Below are positions 1-9,764 of a DNA stretch of 39,311 bases, piece after piece. The stretch's first letter is position 1. Every line of letters begins with the position of its first letter. The stretch lies in the NCBI GenBank assembly GCA_038241515.1, contig JBBSDO010000003.1:1-39311 (forward strand), read 5' to 3'. The notes beneath the pieces were generated by a model. That model made no database searches and was not told the origin of the DNA. It saw only the letters and a program-made list of their open reading frames with translations. This DNA is from Elusimicrobiota bacterium. GTDB lineage: Bacteria > Elusimicrobiota > Elusimicrobia > 2-01-FULL-59-12. The position numbers were made by a program, and so were the translations under genes.

Positions 1-1
1 G

Positions 2-1936
2 GCGCTCGTCGAGGAGCTGCAGAAACAAACAAAGGATATTGAGACGACACCCCTTTTTGCGGAAAAAATTCAGCGAAAAGGCGAAGTGCTCGAGGTTTCG
101 GTCAAAGGAAAGCCCCCGCTCCAAGCCCGCTCTGTGATTGTGGCCATCGGCCGCAGCGGGAACTTCCGGAAATTGAATGTCCCCGGGGAAAATCTCGACA
201 AGGTGTACAACCGACTGCACGATCCAAAGGATTTTGTCGGGAAAAGGGTTCTTGTCGTGGGCGGCGGAGACAGCGCGATGGAGACAGCAATCGCCCTCAC
301 CTTTTCGGGCGCGGAAGTGACGCTCAGCTACCGTCAAAAAGAATTTTCGCGCTGCAAGCCCGAGAATAAGGAACAAGTCGAAGAATTGGCGCGGAACCCG
401 ATGGCGCCCGTTCGGGTCGAGGAACCCTCCTCCGAGCGCATGACCACATCGGTGAATGGTTTTATGGCCGGGGATCGTAAAAAGGGCAGTTTAAGGGTGA
501 TTCTCGGGTCGCAGGTGAAAGGAATTGGACCTGCCTCCGTCGTGCTGAACATCACGGCTCCCCCCTCACTTACCCTCCCCCCCCCAGGGGGGCCAGGAAT
601 AGAAAAAGAAATTCCTCTCCCCGGTGGGGAGACGTTAGGTGAGGGGTCCGTCTCGATTCCCAACGACGTGGTCTTTACCATGATCGGCCGGGACGCACCG
701 CTGGACTTCTTTCGCCGATCCGGCATTCGGATTTCAAATGAGTGGACGCCGGCGCGCGTGGCTTCCTGCATGGGCTTCGTACTCTTTTGCTATTTCCTCT
801 ACAGCTGGAAGTCAGGCGGCTGGCTTTCCGATGTATTTCAACACCACCATTGGTTCCCGTTTAATCTGACATCGCCTCACCCTGCCCGAAGGGCGGGTGA
901 GGCGACGTTCTTGAGGATCCTTTCAATATCCGCTTCTGGGCCTGCCTTCTGGTACACCTTGGTCTACAGCTCCATCGTTACGATCTTCGGTGTCCGCCGA
1001 ATCCGCCGTCGAAAAACGCCATATGTGAAGCTGCAGACGTTAATACTGATCGGATTTCAGGTACTTCCCTTGTTCCTTCTGCCCGAGATTATTCTTCCTT
1101 GGCTGGGGGCTCATCATCTCATTCCGCTTACGCTCGCCAATTCTCTGTTTCCTGTCGTGACTTACGGGCACGGCCGTGAATATTGGAGAGCCTACGGGCT
1201 CGTGCTGGCTTGGCCTTTGATGATCTACAACGTGTTCACCCATCGACCGCTGACGGCGTGGCTCGTGATCAGCGTCGTTCAAACCTTCGTATTGATTCCG
1301 GGGCTTATTTATTTCTTTGGAAAAGGCGCCTATTGCGGATGGATCTGTTCTTGTGGCGCTTTAGCCGAAACACTCGGAGATCAACAAAGAACCAAGATGC
1401 CACATGGACCGAAATGGAATCGCCTGAATATGGCCGGGCAGGTCATTCTCGCGTTGGCCTTTGTGATGCTGGGGTTTCGCATTGTGGGATGGTTTATGCC
1501 CGATGGGGCGTGGGTCAACCGGGCGTTCGACGTCATGGAACTTCGCTACAAGTGGACGGTCGACGTAGGATTGGCGGGCATCTTAGGCGTGGGACTTTAT
1601 TTTTGGTACAGCGGTCGGGTTTGGTGCCGCTTCTTCTGCCCCTTGGCGGCTCTGATGCACATTTATTCGCGCTTCAGCCGCTTCCGCATTTTGGCTGAAA
1701 AAAAGAAGTGCATCTCCTGCAATGTCTGCACGTCGGTGTGCCATCAGGGAATCGATGTCATGAACTTTGCCAACAAAGGCCTGCCGATGAACGATCCTCA
1801 ATGTGTCCGCTGCTCGGCCTGTGTCCAAATGTGCCCCACCGGGGTCTTGAGCTTCGGTCAGGTCAGTGCAGACGGACAAATTCTTTCCCAAGACTCGCTT
1901 CCTGCGAGTCTCATACGCTCCAAAGAACACATTTAG
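2..1936 (+). CDS. FAD/NAD(P)-dependent thioredoxin-reductase-like domain fused to a NapH/MauN-type membrane polyferredoxin (5' truncated by window edge)
   Basis: Frame open from base 2. VxxAIGRSG and VVGGGDSA (NADPH-binding) motifs, several TM helices, CGWICSCG and WCRFFCP motifs, two CxxCxxCxxxC ferredoxin motifs at the C-terminus. Confidence 0.85.
   Translation, partial: ALVEELQKQTKDIETTPLFAEKIQRKGEVLEVSVKGKPPLQARSVIVAIGRSGNFRKLNVPGENLDKVYNRLHDPKDFVGKRVLVVGGGDSAMETAIALTFSGAEVTLSYRQKEFSRCKPENKEQVEELARNPMAPVRVEEPSSERMTTSVNGFMAGDRKKGSLRVILGSQVKGIGPASVVLNITAPPSLTLPPPGGPGIEKEIPLPGGETLGEGSVSIPNDVVFTMIGRDAPLDFFRRSGIRISNEWTPARVASCMGFVLFCYFLYSWKSGGWLSDVFQHHHWFPFNLTSPHPARRAGEATFLRILSISASGPAFWYTLVYSSIVTIFGVRRIRRRKTPYVKLQTLILIGFQVLPLFLLPEIILPWLGAHHLIPLTLANSLFPVVTYGHGREYWRAYGLVLAWPLMIYNVFTHRPLTAWLVISVVQTFVLIPGLIYFFGKGAYCGWICSCGALAETLGDQQRTKMPHGPKWNRLNMAGQVILALAFVMLGFRIVGWFMPDGAWVNRAFDVMELRYKWTVDVGLAGILGVGLYFWYSGRVWCRFFCPLAALMHIYSRFSRFRILAEKKKCISCNVCTSVCHQGIDVMNFANKGLPMNDPQCVRCSACVQMCPTGVLSFGQVSADGQILSQDSLPASLIRSKEHI
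562..646. repeat. REP-like inverted pair (CCCCTCACCTA..CTCCCC..GGGAGAGGAAT family), in frame within the CDS
   Basis: cccctcacttacc...ggaat / attcct...ttaggtgagggg are inverted arms. The same family occurs at 24696-24768. Confidence 0.75.
872..905. repeat. Short palindrome in frame within the CDS
   Basis: tcgcctcaccc-t-gccc-gaa-gggc-gggtgaggcga: 11-bp stem, bulge, 4-bp stem. Encodes SPHPARRAGEA. Confidence 0.65.
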
Positions 1937-1966
1937 ATAACAAACGAGAGATCGATAGCGTGGGGC

Positions 1967-2392
1967 TTAGTGGAGGATGGCGAGTTTGCCTTTGCTCTGG
2001 CCACCTTGTGGATCGGTGACCAAATAAAGGTAAATACCAGAAGCGACCGAATCCCCGGAATCATTGGTTCGATCCCAGTTGGCGGCGCCCGAAGCGGCTG
2101 AAAGAGTTCGAACCAAGTGTCCCGAGAGGGTGAAAATCTGAACGCTCGAAGAAAAAGGAAGGTGGTCAAAATTAATCGTGCTGTTGGCGTGAATCTCGGC
2201 CCGCCACGGATTTGGATATACGCGAATCCCTTCGATGGGACTAACAACCGTCGACGCTTTAGCCGAAGATGGCGCTAGGGCTGTTCCCGTCCTTGGCATT
2301 TCCATAACGGGAGGAACCGCGGACGACCCGAATGAGACCCAGGGAAGCGCAAAAAAGACGGCGAGAAGAGTGGGCGTCGCGAGTAATTTCAT
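1967..2392 (-). CDS. Small exported protein consisting of a T9SS type A sorting (CTD/FlgD-Ig-like) domain
   Basis: Signal peptide, then VYPNP...IFTLSGHLVRTL...WD...VASGIYLY...KGKLAILH. Confidence 0.8.
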   Translation of the reverse strand: MKLLATPTLLAVFFALPWVSFGSSAVPPVMEMPRTGTALAPSSAKASTVVSPIEGIRVYPNPWRAEIHANSTINFDHLPFSSSVQIFTLSGHLVRTLSAASGAANWDRTNDSGDSVASGIYLYLVTDPQGGQSKGKLAILH

Positions 2393-2397
2393 GTTCG

Positions 2398-3564
2398 TTA
2401 CTTGGTGTAAGAACTGCCGGAGCGGCCGGCTTGTGCCACGTGCGAATCATCATCCGAGAGAAGCTGCATCAGCTGCATGTATTCTGGCTCCGAGAGGGTC
2501 TCGGCGCCCTTAGCCGTCCGATGCTTTTTGATTGTTTGGTAGTGGATCAGGTTGCGGCGTTCCTCTTCGCGGGCGCCGAAGCGTGCGAGTACCGAGAAAT
2601 ATTGGGTGTTGCCTAGTTCCCCATAGGGAACCCACGCGTACGCCAACTCTTGTCCTAAGATGTGAATGCCGATACCCGTGCTGAAACCAGCGAGCGGGCT
2701 CAAGCCCTTTAACGTATCCGTTCGATAGCCGGCGCGAAGCGATATGGCCTCTAGCGGACGCCATTGACCGCCGATATGAAAGCTGCCAAGTCCGTTTCGC
2801 GCGTAAACGGCTTCGGTCGTCAACAAATAGTGGGACGTCGGCTCGTAAGCGGCGCCGGCGTGAAAGGTCATGGGGAGCGGATCCCCGTCGCTCAAAAATT
2901 TCAGCTGCGTTCCGACATTCGTCAGGGTTCCGGCAAGCGACAATTTCTCCGTCACTTTGTACAACGAACCGAAATCGAGCGCGTAAGCATTGGCGCTGAC
3001 GTCGTCAATTTTGGCGTTTATCCATTTGCCCGTTACACCCAAAGCGAGCTTGTCGCCAACGGTCTGTCCATACGCCACATTGTAGGCTCCATAGTGGCTG
3101 TTAAAGGATCCAATGGACGTGCCGGAAATATCTGTGCTTGGAATGTCGCCGGACGCTAAATACTGCGCCGATACCCCGATGCTGCGGTGTGTCGGGTTTG
3201 ATCCGTGCGCATCGCCCAGCGGGTGAGAGAAGCTCAAATATTCGTAATGGATGGATTCCAGATAGGAGAGGTGCTGAGCCGCCATTTCGTTCGCGTCATT
3301 AAAGCCGAGACCGGCGGGGTTCCAAGTCGGCGCGTAAGCATTTGTGGCCAAAGCGGTGTAAGCCGAACCTAAGGAAGCGGGACCTGCACCTACCGGAATA
3401 TCCAGAAACGAAGCGCCTTCCGTACCCGAAGACGCCCACGCGGACGCCGCCATAAAACCGACAAACAGATTGGCCAAAAGGTAAAGGCCGAAGATTTTGT
3501 GGCTTAGCCGGGAAGGTACTCTCATTTTCATAGGGTAAGTATGCTGTCTCAATGTTACGCTCAT
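2398..3564 (-). CDS. PorV/PorQ family outer-membrane beta-barrel protein
   Basis: Signal peptide; ASFLDIPVGAGPASLGSAYTA and WNPAGL motifs; beta-strand pattern. The true start may be a few codons downstream. Confidence 0.85.
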   Translation of the reverse strand: MSVTLRQHTYPMKMRVPSRLSHKIFGLYLLANLFVGFMAASAWASSGTEGASFLDIPVGAGPASLGSAYTALATNAYAPTWNPAGLGFNDANEMAAQHLSYLESIHYEYLSFSHPLGDAHGSNPTHRSIGVSAQYLASGDIPSTDISGTSIGSFNSHYGAYNVAYGQTVGDKLALGVTGKWINAKIDDVSANAYALDFGSLYKVTEKLSLAGTLTNVGTQLKFLSDGDPLPMTFHAGAAYEPTSHYLLTTEAVYARNGLGSFHIGGQWRPLEAISLRAGYRTDTLKGLSPLAGFSTGIGIHILGQELAYAWVPYGELGNTQYFSVLARFGAREEERRNLIHYQTIKKHRTAKGAETLSEPEYMQLMQLLSDDDSHVAQAGRSGSSYTK

Positions 3565-3723
3565 GTGTCAGTTACGTTAATTTTCTGTTACGGGCCTTTC
3601 TTAGCCCCGCGCGGCGGGTTTGTAAAGGGAAAAGTTAACGTGTGTTAACAGGTGAGAATTGCTTCCGACGGAGAGTAGAGGAAAGTTTTACAACTTAGTG
3701 AGAATGCAGACTTTTCGGCAGGT

Positions 3724-4023
3724 CTAAGAATGGATCGAAAATTCCGAAAAAAGGCCTTTCGATTCATGGCGCTCAATGAGAACATCATCGACGCAGGCCA
3801 TCGCAGGTCCTTGACGAAGCTTTCGGAGCCAATCCTCAAGGCAAGCTTTGTCGCCTTCGGCCTCACACACAACGTCTCCGTCGGGAGTATTGCGAACCCA
3901 CCCAACGATGTTCGCTTGGACAGCGGATTGATGAACGAAGTAGCGGAAACCAACACCTTGCACACGGCCTTTCACGCGAATAGACATTCCAATCCAGTTC
4001 TTCGCAAGCTTAGCCTTTGGCAT
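3724..4023 (-). CDS. acyP: Acylphosphatase
   Basis: VKGRVQGVGFRY and GWVRNTPDGDV motifs. Start moved to ATG 4023 (alternative 3987) because the longer ORF overlaps the Sel1 gene. Confidence 0.92.
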   Translation of the reverse strand: MPKAKLAKNWIGMSIRVKGRVQGVGFRYFVHQSAVQANIVGWVRNTPDGDVVCEAEGDKACLEDWLRKLRQGPAMACVDDVLIERHESKGLFSEFSIHS

Positions 4024-6268
4024 GCCTCGCCTTCGAACGCCACTTTTGCGCCTCCGTCGGGCTGACTGCCAGTCCCAGCCAACCGTTTTCGTAACTCTGC
4101 GCCAAAATATCCATGGCCTTTTTGTTGCCTCCGTCGGCCGCCTTGCGGATCCACTCGAGAGCGCGGCGATTGCTTTTTTTGACCCCTTCCCCGCGTGCGT
4201 AGAGTTCTCCGAGGCTGAGTTGAGCGGCCGGAATACCCTGAGGATCTTGGCCTGCCTTCGTATACCACTCAACCGCTTTGGCGGTATCCGTAGCCACACC
4301 GACTCCGCTTTCATACATCAAGCCCAGGCGATACTGGGCGTCGCGCGCTCCCTGGTTGGCGGCGAGTTCATACCAGTGGGCTGTTTGCGCAGGGTCTTTG
4401 GGGACTCCTTGACCGAGGTAGTACATGACGCCGAGCTTTATTTGCGCCTCAGGATTTCCTTGGTCCGCCGCTTTCTTTAACCACACCTGGCTTTGAGCCA
4501 AATCCTTAGGAACTCCAACGCCCGCCTCATAGAGAGCCGCTAATTGCATTTGCGCGGTCACATTTCCTTGTTCAGCGACCTTGCGATACCACCCCACCGC
4601 TTGAGCGGGATCCTTGTCTACGCCCACTCCATCCAAATAGAGACCGGCGAGCTGGAGCTGAGCCTCCACGCTCCCTTTGTCGGCGGCCTTTCGAAGCCAT
4701 TCTGCGGCGTGTACGGGACTTTTCGCGATGCCATCGCCATTCAGGAGCATCACGCCAAAGTAGAGCTCCGCCTCAGGATTTCCTTGTTCAGCGGCCTTTT
4801 TCAACCAATTCACGGCTTGAGCGGAATCTTTGGTCACCCCTGTGCCGTTGGCGAGCATGGCGCCGACATACACCTGGGCGTCGGCAACGCCTTTATCCGC
4901 CGCCTTCCTATACCAGTTCATGGCTTGGGCAGGATCTTTCGCGACGCCATCGCCTGTAGCATATAGGACAGCCAAGTTGTATTGGGCTTCGCCTATGCCT
5001 TGGTCGGCTGCTTTTCGGTAATAGAGAGCGGCCTGCGCGGGATTTTTGGCTACGCCGTCACCCGTGGCATACATGACGGCCAAGTTATATTGGGCTTCAG
5101 CCACACCTTGATCAGCGGCTTTTTTGTACCAGCTCAAGGCCTGGGCAGGATCTTTCGGGCCGCCCTGTCCATTTTGGTGCATCACCGCCAGCCGATACTG
5201 CGACTGGGCATTGCCTTGCTCAGCCGACTTGCGAAACCAATCCCCGGCGGCCGCCTCCTGTTTAGTCACCCCGATGCCACCGGCCGAGAAAATGCCTAGC
5301 CGATATTGAGCGTCCGCCTGTCCTTGAGCGGCAGCTTTCCGGTACCAGTCCAGAGCTTCCGGAAAACTCTTGGCGACCCCTTGCCCAGAAGCAAGCATCT
5401 CGGCAACGCGATATTGGGCGTTGGCATTCCCTTGCTGGGCGGCCTTGGCATACCATTCGACTGCCTGGCGGAGATCCTTCGTCATATTTTCTCCCCGTTC
5501 AAGAAACCCTGCAAACTCGTTTTCGGCATTGGCTAATCCCGCTTCTGCGGCATGTTGGATCCATTCAGCTCCGTGGGTCGCATCCTTGGAAACTCCCTCC
5601 CCGGAAATCATCATTTTGCCGAGACTGTATTCTGCTTCTGCGTAGCCCTGGTCGGCCGCTTTCTTGTACCAGGCCGCCGCATGCGTCAAATCCTTCGGGA
5701 CTCCTTGGCCGGTTTGAAATTGGCTGCCTAAACGAAATTGTGCTCCGGGGTGTCCTTGATGGCCGGCCTTATCCAGTAAACTCACGCCCTGCGTCGGATT
5801 TTTTTCCACCCCTGTGCCTTCGAGATACTGTACTCCCAGAGCATATTGAGCGTCCGCATCCCCCTGGTCAGCCGCTTTTTGATACCACGCAGCCGCTTGG
5901 GCCGGGTCCTTTTGGACTCCCGTGCCTTCGGTATAAAACCGGGCAAGATGCAGCTGAGCAATGGAAAGACCTTTATCCGCTGCCTTTCGGATATAGTTCA
6001 ACCCTTTCGCGGGGTCCTTAGGAATTCCTTCGCCAAAGGCATACATTTTACCGATGGTGAATTGGGCGAAGGTATTGCCTTCTTCGGCCATCGGGAGCAA
6101 GAGCTTCATCGCCGTCTTGTAGTCATGTTTTGTATAGGCACCCAAAGCGTCCGTACCGCTGGGAATGGGCTCCGCAGCTAAAACGACTCTAAAAACGAAG
6201 ACAATGAGAGGTAAAGCCAATCGATAATTACTATTCAAGGGAACCCCTTTATGTGATTGTGAGACCAC
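4010..6268 (-). CDS. Exported Sel1-like repeat protein (about 19 repeats)
   Basis: Signal peptide, then tandem 36-aa AQYxLGxMYxxGxGVxKDxxxAxxWYxKAAxQG units. Confidence 0.93.
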   Translation of the reverse strand: MVSQSHKGVPLNSNYRLALPLIVFVFRVVLAAEPIPSGTDALGAYTKHDYKTAMKLLLPMAEEGNTFAQFTIGKMYAFGEGIPKDPAKGLNYIRKAADKGLSIAQLHLARFYTEGTGVQKDPAQAAAWYQKAADQGDADAQYALGVQYLEGTGVEKNPTQGVSLLDKAGHQGHPGAQFRLGSQFQTGQGVPKDLTHAAAWYKKAADQGYAEAEYSLGKMMISGEGVSKDATHGAEWIQHAAEAGLANAENEFAGFLERGENMTKDLRQAVEWYAKAAQQGNANAQYRVAEMLASGQGVAKSFPEALDWYRKAAAQGQADAQYRLGIFSAGGIGVTKQEAAAGDWFRKSAEQGNAQSQYRLAVMHQNGQGGPKDPAQALSWYKKAADQGVAEAQYNLAVMYATGDGVAKNPAQAALYYRKAADQGIGEAQYNLAVLYATGDGVAKDPAQAMNWYRKAADKGVADAQVYVGAMLANGTGVTKDSAQAVNWLKKAAEQGNPEAELYFGVMLLNGDGIAKSPVHAAEWLRKAADKGSVEAQLQLAGLYLDGVGVDKDPAQAVGWYRKVAEQGNVTAQMQLAALYEAGVGVPKDLAQSQVWLKKAADQGNPEAQIKLGVMYYLGQGVPKDPAQTAHWYELAANQGARDAQYRLGLMYESGVGVATDTAKAVEWYTKAGQDPQGIPAAQLSLGELYARGEGVKKSNRRALEWIRKAADGGNKKAMDILAQSYENGWLGLAVSPTEAQKWRSKARHAKG

Positions 6269-6429
6269 TTGATCGTCATGCTATGATGGCCCGATCGACA
6301 AAGTGGCCTGCGACCTAATTTTTCTGGGAGCAACGCCCCCGTCCGTTAAAGCTTTGGCACGGTGTTACGTTTTCGTCTTTCAGAAGTTTAACAGATGCAG
6401 ATCCATCATTAAAGGGGCCTCCGATTCAG

Positions 6430-8127
6430 GTGCAATCGTCGTTCCCTCCATTTCGCCAAGCCTCGTCTTTCATCTTGGGAGTTTTAATCCTCCTGGGTCC
6501 CATACCGGAAGCGCATGCCCGAAAACGCAAACCGCAAAAAGTGGTCCGAATTCGAAGCATTAATGTAGAAGTCAAAAATATCTTTGACCCTTCTGTACGA
6601 GGTGAAAATTATTGGCCTTACCGTGTGGCCAATGCCGTTCATATTCGCACGCGTCCTTCCGTCATTTTGAAACAATTACTCGTCCGCCCGGGGGATGTCG
6701 TGAATCCCACCCTCCTCGAAGAATCAGAACGAAACCTGCGCGCCCTGCCCTTTGTAAAAGACGCAAAGATCGTCCAAGTTCCCACGCCTAACGGCGATGT
6801 CGACTTGCTAGTTCATACCCAAGACACCTGGACGACCCAACCCCAACTTAATTTCGGCAGCGAAGGCGGCCAAAATCATTCGTCGGCGGGGATACAAGAA
6901 GAGAATGTCTTAGGCTATGGCAAAAGTCTGGACTATTTTTACCGAAAAAACCCGGAGGGCATTTCCAACGAATTCGGTTACGGGGATCCCCAGATTCTCA
7001 ATACCCGCCTTCAGCTGAACTCGGCTTTCTTAGACACTCCCACAGGTAACGAAGAACACGTGAACATCGCACAACCCTTCTATTCACTCGAAACGCGAGC
7101 CGCTTCGGGACTCGCCGTGGATCGGGTTTTAGGTCTTCAAAAAGTGTATGAGAATGGAAATCAAACCACGGCCTACAATCAAGATCACTTAAATGTGGAC
7201 GGATTCGCCGGGCTGCGCTTGAATGACGACGCGATCAATGTGCATCGCACTCAACTTCGCTATCACTATATTCAAGATACGTACAGGAACGATGCGGCCA
7301 CAACCCCCGGTACACTTCCGAAACGAAAAGCGCTTTCGGGTCCTCTTCTCAAATGGTCGCTTCAGCAATCTGACTTTATCAAAGAAACTTTCGTGGATCG
7401 AGCCGAGAGAATTGAGGATGTGAATCTCGGGCACCAGACGTCTTTTGAAGGAGGCTATTCAGACCGTTGGCTCGGGGCGACAGAAAGCGCCCTTCCCTTT
7501 ACGGCTCTAGACCAATTCGGATTTGGGGGCGACGGGCCCTGGTTCGGGCTTGTTTCTTACGGAGCTTCAGGCCGCTACAACCTCTACGCCAGCGACCAGC
7601 TGGGTGGCCGTTTAGTCAATTCTCTCTACTTTGCTAACCTCACTTACTACCGCCATTTATTGCCCGAATTCCCGTTGACGGGTGTTCTCCATTTTGAGGC
7701 CGCCCATTTGCAAAACGGGGACACCACCAATCTTCTTTCACTCGGAGGCAATACCGGCCTGCGCGGATTCAAGGTCAACGCCTTTACGGGCAACAAAACC
7801 GGGCTATTCAACGCCGAGACGCGCTTTTTCTATCCTTATGAAGTGCTCCATCTCGCCTTTCTCGGAGGAGCCGCTTTTTTTGACGCCGGAGAAGCGCAGC
7901 CTCAAGGGAATGCATTTAGGTCTCAAGACATCCACGCGGACGTTGGGGCAGGCCTGCGGATAGGCTTGACTCGTTCCACCGAAGGCAGCGTGGTTCGGAT
8001 CGATCTCGCCTACGCCATTGGACCCATCCAACAGGACAATCGTTGGATTCTCTCTATCTCGACTGGCCAAGGGTTTAAACGCGCTTCCAATAGCTATGCG
8101 AAGTTCGCGGATGTGCCGAACCAGTAA
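6430..8127 (+). CDS. Omp85 (BamA/TamA)-family outer-membrane protein with POTRA domain
   Basis: Signal peptide; POTRA (HIRTRPSVI...LEESERNLRAL); EENVLGYGK; LGGNTGLRGF; FFDAG; DVGAGLR; RIDLAY. Confidence 0.85.
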   Translation: MQSSFPPFRQASSFILGVLILLGPIPEAHARKRKPQKVVRIRSINVEVKNIFDPSVRGENYWPYRVANAVHIRTRPSVILKQLLVRPGDVVNPTLLEESERNLRALPFVKDAKIVQVPTPNGDVDLLVHTQDTWTTQPQLNFGSEGGQNHSSAGIQEENVLGYGKSLDYFYRKNPEGISNEFGYGDPQILNTRLQLNSAFLDTPTGNEEHVNIAQPFYSLETRAASGLAVDRVLGLQKVYENGNQTTAYNQDHLNVDGFAGLRLNDDAINVHRTQLRYHYIQDTYRNDAATTPGTLPKRKALSGPLLKWSLQQSDFIKETFVDRAERIEDVNLGHQTSFEGGYSDRWLGATESALPFTALDQFGFGGDGPWFGLVSYGASGRYNLYASDQLGGRLVNSLYFANLTYYRHLLPEFPLTGVLHFEAAHLQNGDTTNLLSLGGNTGLRGFKVNAFTGNKTGLFNAETRFFYPYEVLHLAFLGGAAFFDAGEAQPQGNAFRSQDIHADVGAGLRIGLTRSTEGSVVRIDLAYAIGPIQQDNRWILSISTGQGFKRASNSYAKFADVPNQ

Positions 8128-8136
8128 CAGCTAACG

Positions 8137-8230
8137 GCAAGGCAAAATGCAAAAGGCATAGGGCAAAAGGCAAAACTCTTGGGGTACTTTAATTTGAGAC
8201 TTCGAAGGAGATTTGCAATTTTTCGATTTT
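8137..8230. repeat. Degenerate (GGCAAAA)n heptamer palindromic element between convergent genes
   Basis: ggcaaaa-tgcaaaa-ggcatag-ggcaaaa-ggcaaaa-ctctt ... ggagatttgcaatttttcgattttc. Matches 22857-22967. Confidence 0.7.
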
Positions 8231-8234
8231 CTGT

Positions 8235-9041
8235 TCAGCGATCGGGGCAGACGTTTAGCGGTTGAAATCCGGGGTGGCTAAGGAAAGCTTCGAGCCCTTT
8301 GTCCGTGACTTCCGTGCAGCTCGTGTTGAGCATCTGAAGATTGGGCAGCCCGCGCAGCACGACGATCCCCTGGTTCCCGATACTCGTGTTATTGATATGC
8401 AGCGTTTGCAGATTTTCGAGGGAGCGAAGCGGCATCAGACAGAGACCCCTCAACTTGGTATTACCCAAATCCAGGATTTCCAATTCAGACAGCCCCTTCA
8501 AATGGACTAAACCGGCGCCCGTGATTTCAGTGCTGTTGAGCTCCAACTCCTTTAGCTTTTTGAGCGGCTCCAAATGCGCTAAGGCAGCGTCGCTGATGCT
8601 TGTAGCGCGCAAGCGAAGTTTTTTCAGGTGGGTGAGTCCTGCCAGCGCGGCGATCCCTTCGTCGGTCACCAGAGTTTCGCTCAAGTCCAGGGCTTCCAGC
8701 CCTTTCAATCCCCGCAGATGGGCTATTCCTTCGTCATGGAGTCCGGTCGCGTGCAGGTCCAGCTCTTTCAGCTGAGCCTGATTTTCCATCGCCGCCAAGC
8801 TGTCATCAGTAATTTCGCGATGGCCCGCTAGGGATAAACTTTTAATTCCGTGCTTGGGGAGGTCAGCGGCTAAGAGCTGGAGTTGAGCGTCGCTCACGCG
8901 CAGATCGGGCGGTAAGCTAAAGCTTTCGCTGACTATGGCGGAGAGGGTAATCGGTTGCGCCGCCGGAGGATCCTTCTCTTCGGCAGACAAGGGTAGGACG
9001 ACGAGCGCCAAAAGGGCCAATAGGGTCCATCCGATTTTCAT
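8235..9041 (-). CDS. Exported leucine-rich repeat protein
   Basis: Signal peptide; about 8 repeats of 24 aa, LxxLxLxxTxITDxGLxxLxxL. Confidence 0.9.
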   Translation of the reverse strand: MKIGWTLLALLALVVLPLSAEEKDPPAAQPITLSAIVSESFSLPPDLRVSDAQLQLLAADLPKHGIKSLSLAGHREITDDSLAAMENQAQLKELDLHATGLHDEGIAHLRGLKGLEALDLSETLVTDEGIAALAGLTHLKKLRLRATSISDAALAHLEPLKKLKELELNSTEITGAGLVHLKGLSELEILDLGNTKLRGLCLMPLRSLENLQTLHINNTSIGNQGIVVLRGLPNLQMLNTSCTEVTDKGLEAFLSHPGFQPLNVCPDR

Positions 9042-9454
9042 TTCACTTCGATCAGTTGGTATTTCGATTCGTCACTTTGTTCGAGCACCGCCCGATGCCT
9101 CTCGGCAGCAATCTTCTTTTGCACCTTTTTGTCTAATTTTTCAACACCTTTTATGCTTTCCACCCGCACCGATTTCTCTTTGAATAGCCCGCCCTGACCT
9201 GGCGGGATATACCACACGCGCTCGTAGTAGTCGTCATAACTTATAAAAAGACCTTCAACCGACTTCCCCTTGGCCAAGCGGATTTGGACGTAGTCACCTC
9301 GCGAAAGTCCCTGTAAAAACTGAACCATCGCATCTTTGGAACCCGTCGCTTCAATTTTTAGTGACTTGGTGGAGGAGAAGGCGCATTGAACAAGGAATAC
9401 GACAGAGAGTAAAACCGTCGACGTCAAACGCCCGCAAAAGTGATGGCCCCGCAT
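9038..9454 (-). CDS. Hypothetical exported protein
   Basis: Hydrophobic N-terminus; ATGA overlap with the LRR gene. Confidence 0.7.
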   Translation of the reverse strand: MRGHHFCGRLTSTVLLSVVFLVQCAFSSTKSLKIEATGSKDAMVQFLQGLSRGDYVQIRLAKGKSVEGLFISYDDYYERVWYIPPGQGGLFKEKSVRVESIKGVEKLDKKVQKKIAAERHRAVLEQSDESKYQLIEVK

Positions 9455-9477
9455 AGGATTCCGTCACAAAGTCTAGC

Positions 9478-9720
9478 ATGAAGAATAAAACGAACGGAAG
9501 TCCCTCTAAGAGTTGTATGGAGATCAATCTGATCCGCGATCTGCCAATGGTGGAGCGACCTCGAGAACGGCTGGCGCGCGTCGGGGCCGAAGGTCTCAAA
9601 GCCGAAGAGCTATTGGCGATCGTGCTGCGAACCGGGGACATGGGGCTCTAGAGGTCGCTTGCGCTCTCCTCGCTAGTCACAGCATGGGACAACTCCTTGC
9701 TATGCCGCTCACGGGGATCA
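9478..9720 (+). pseudogene. radC: Truncated, frameshifted 5' copy of radC
   Basis: Near-identical to 10539-10788 with a 7-bp deletion (accgg[ctaccgg]ggac). Similarity ends at about 9720. Confidence 0.9.
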
Positions 9721-9764
9721 CAGTTCATGAATGAGGGACGGGCGGTGCTTGGATAAGCTGGCGA

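Noticed and set aside
3605-3621. Intrinsic terminator
   Set aside because: Only a 5-bp stem, and the T run is on the strand opposite the local genes.
4024-4314. Long N-terminal extension of acylphosphatase
   Set aside because: Out-of-frame overlap with the Sel1 gene. ORF-track extensions at 17302, 19757, 23720, 27619 and 39184 were trimmed for similar overlaps with neighbouring genes, repeats or the IS end.
4010-6268. 108-bp DNA repeats as a non-coding array
   Set aside because: Fully explained by Sel1 protein repeats.
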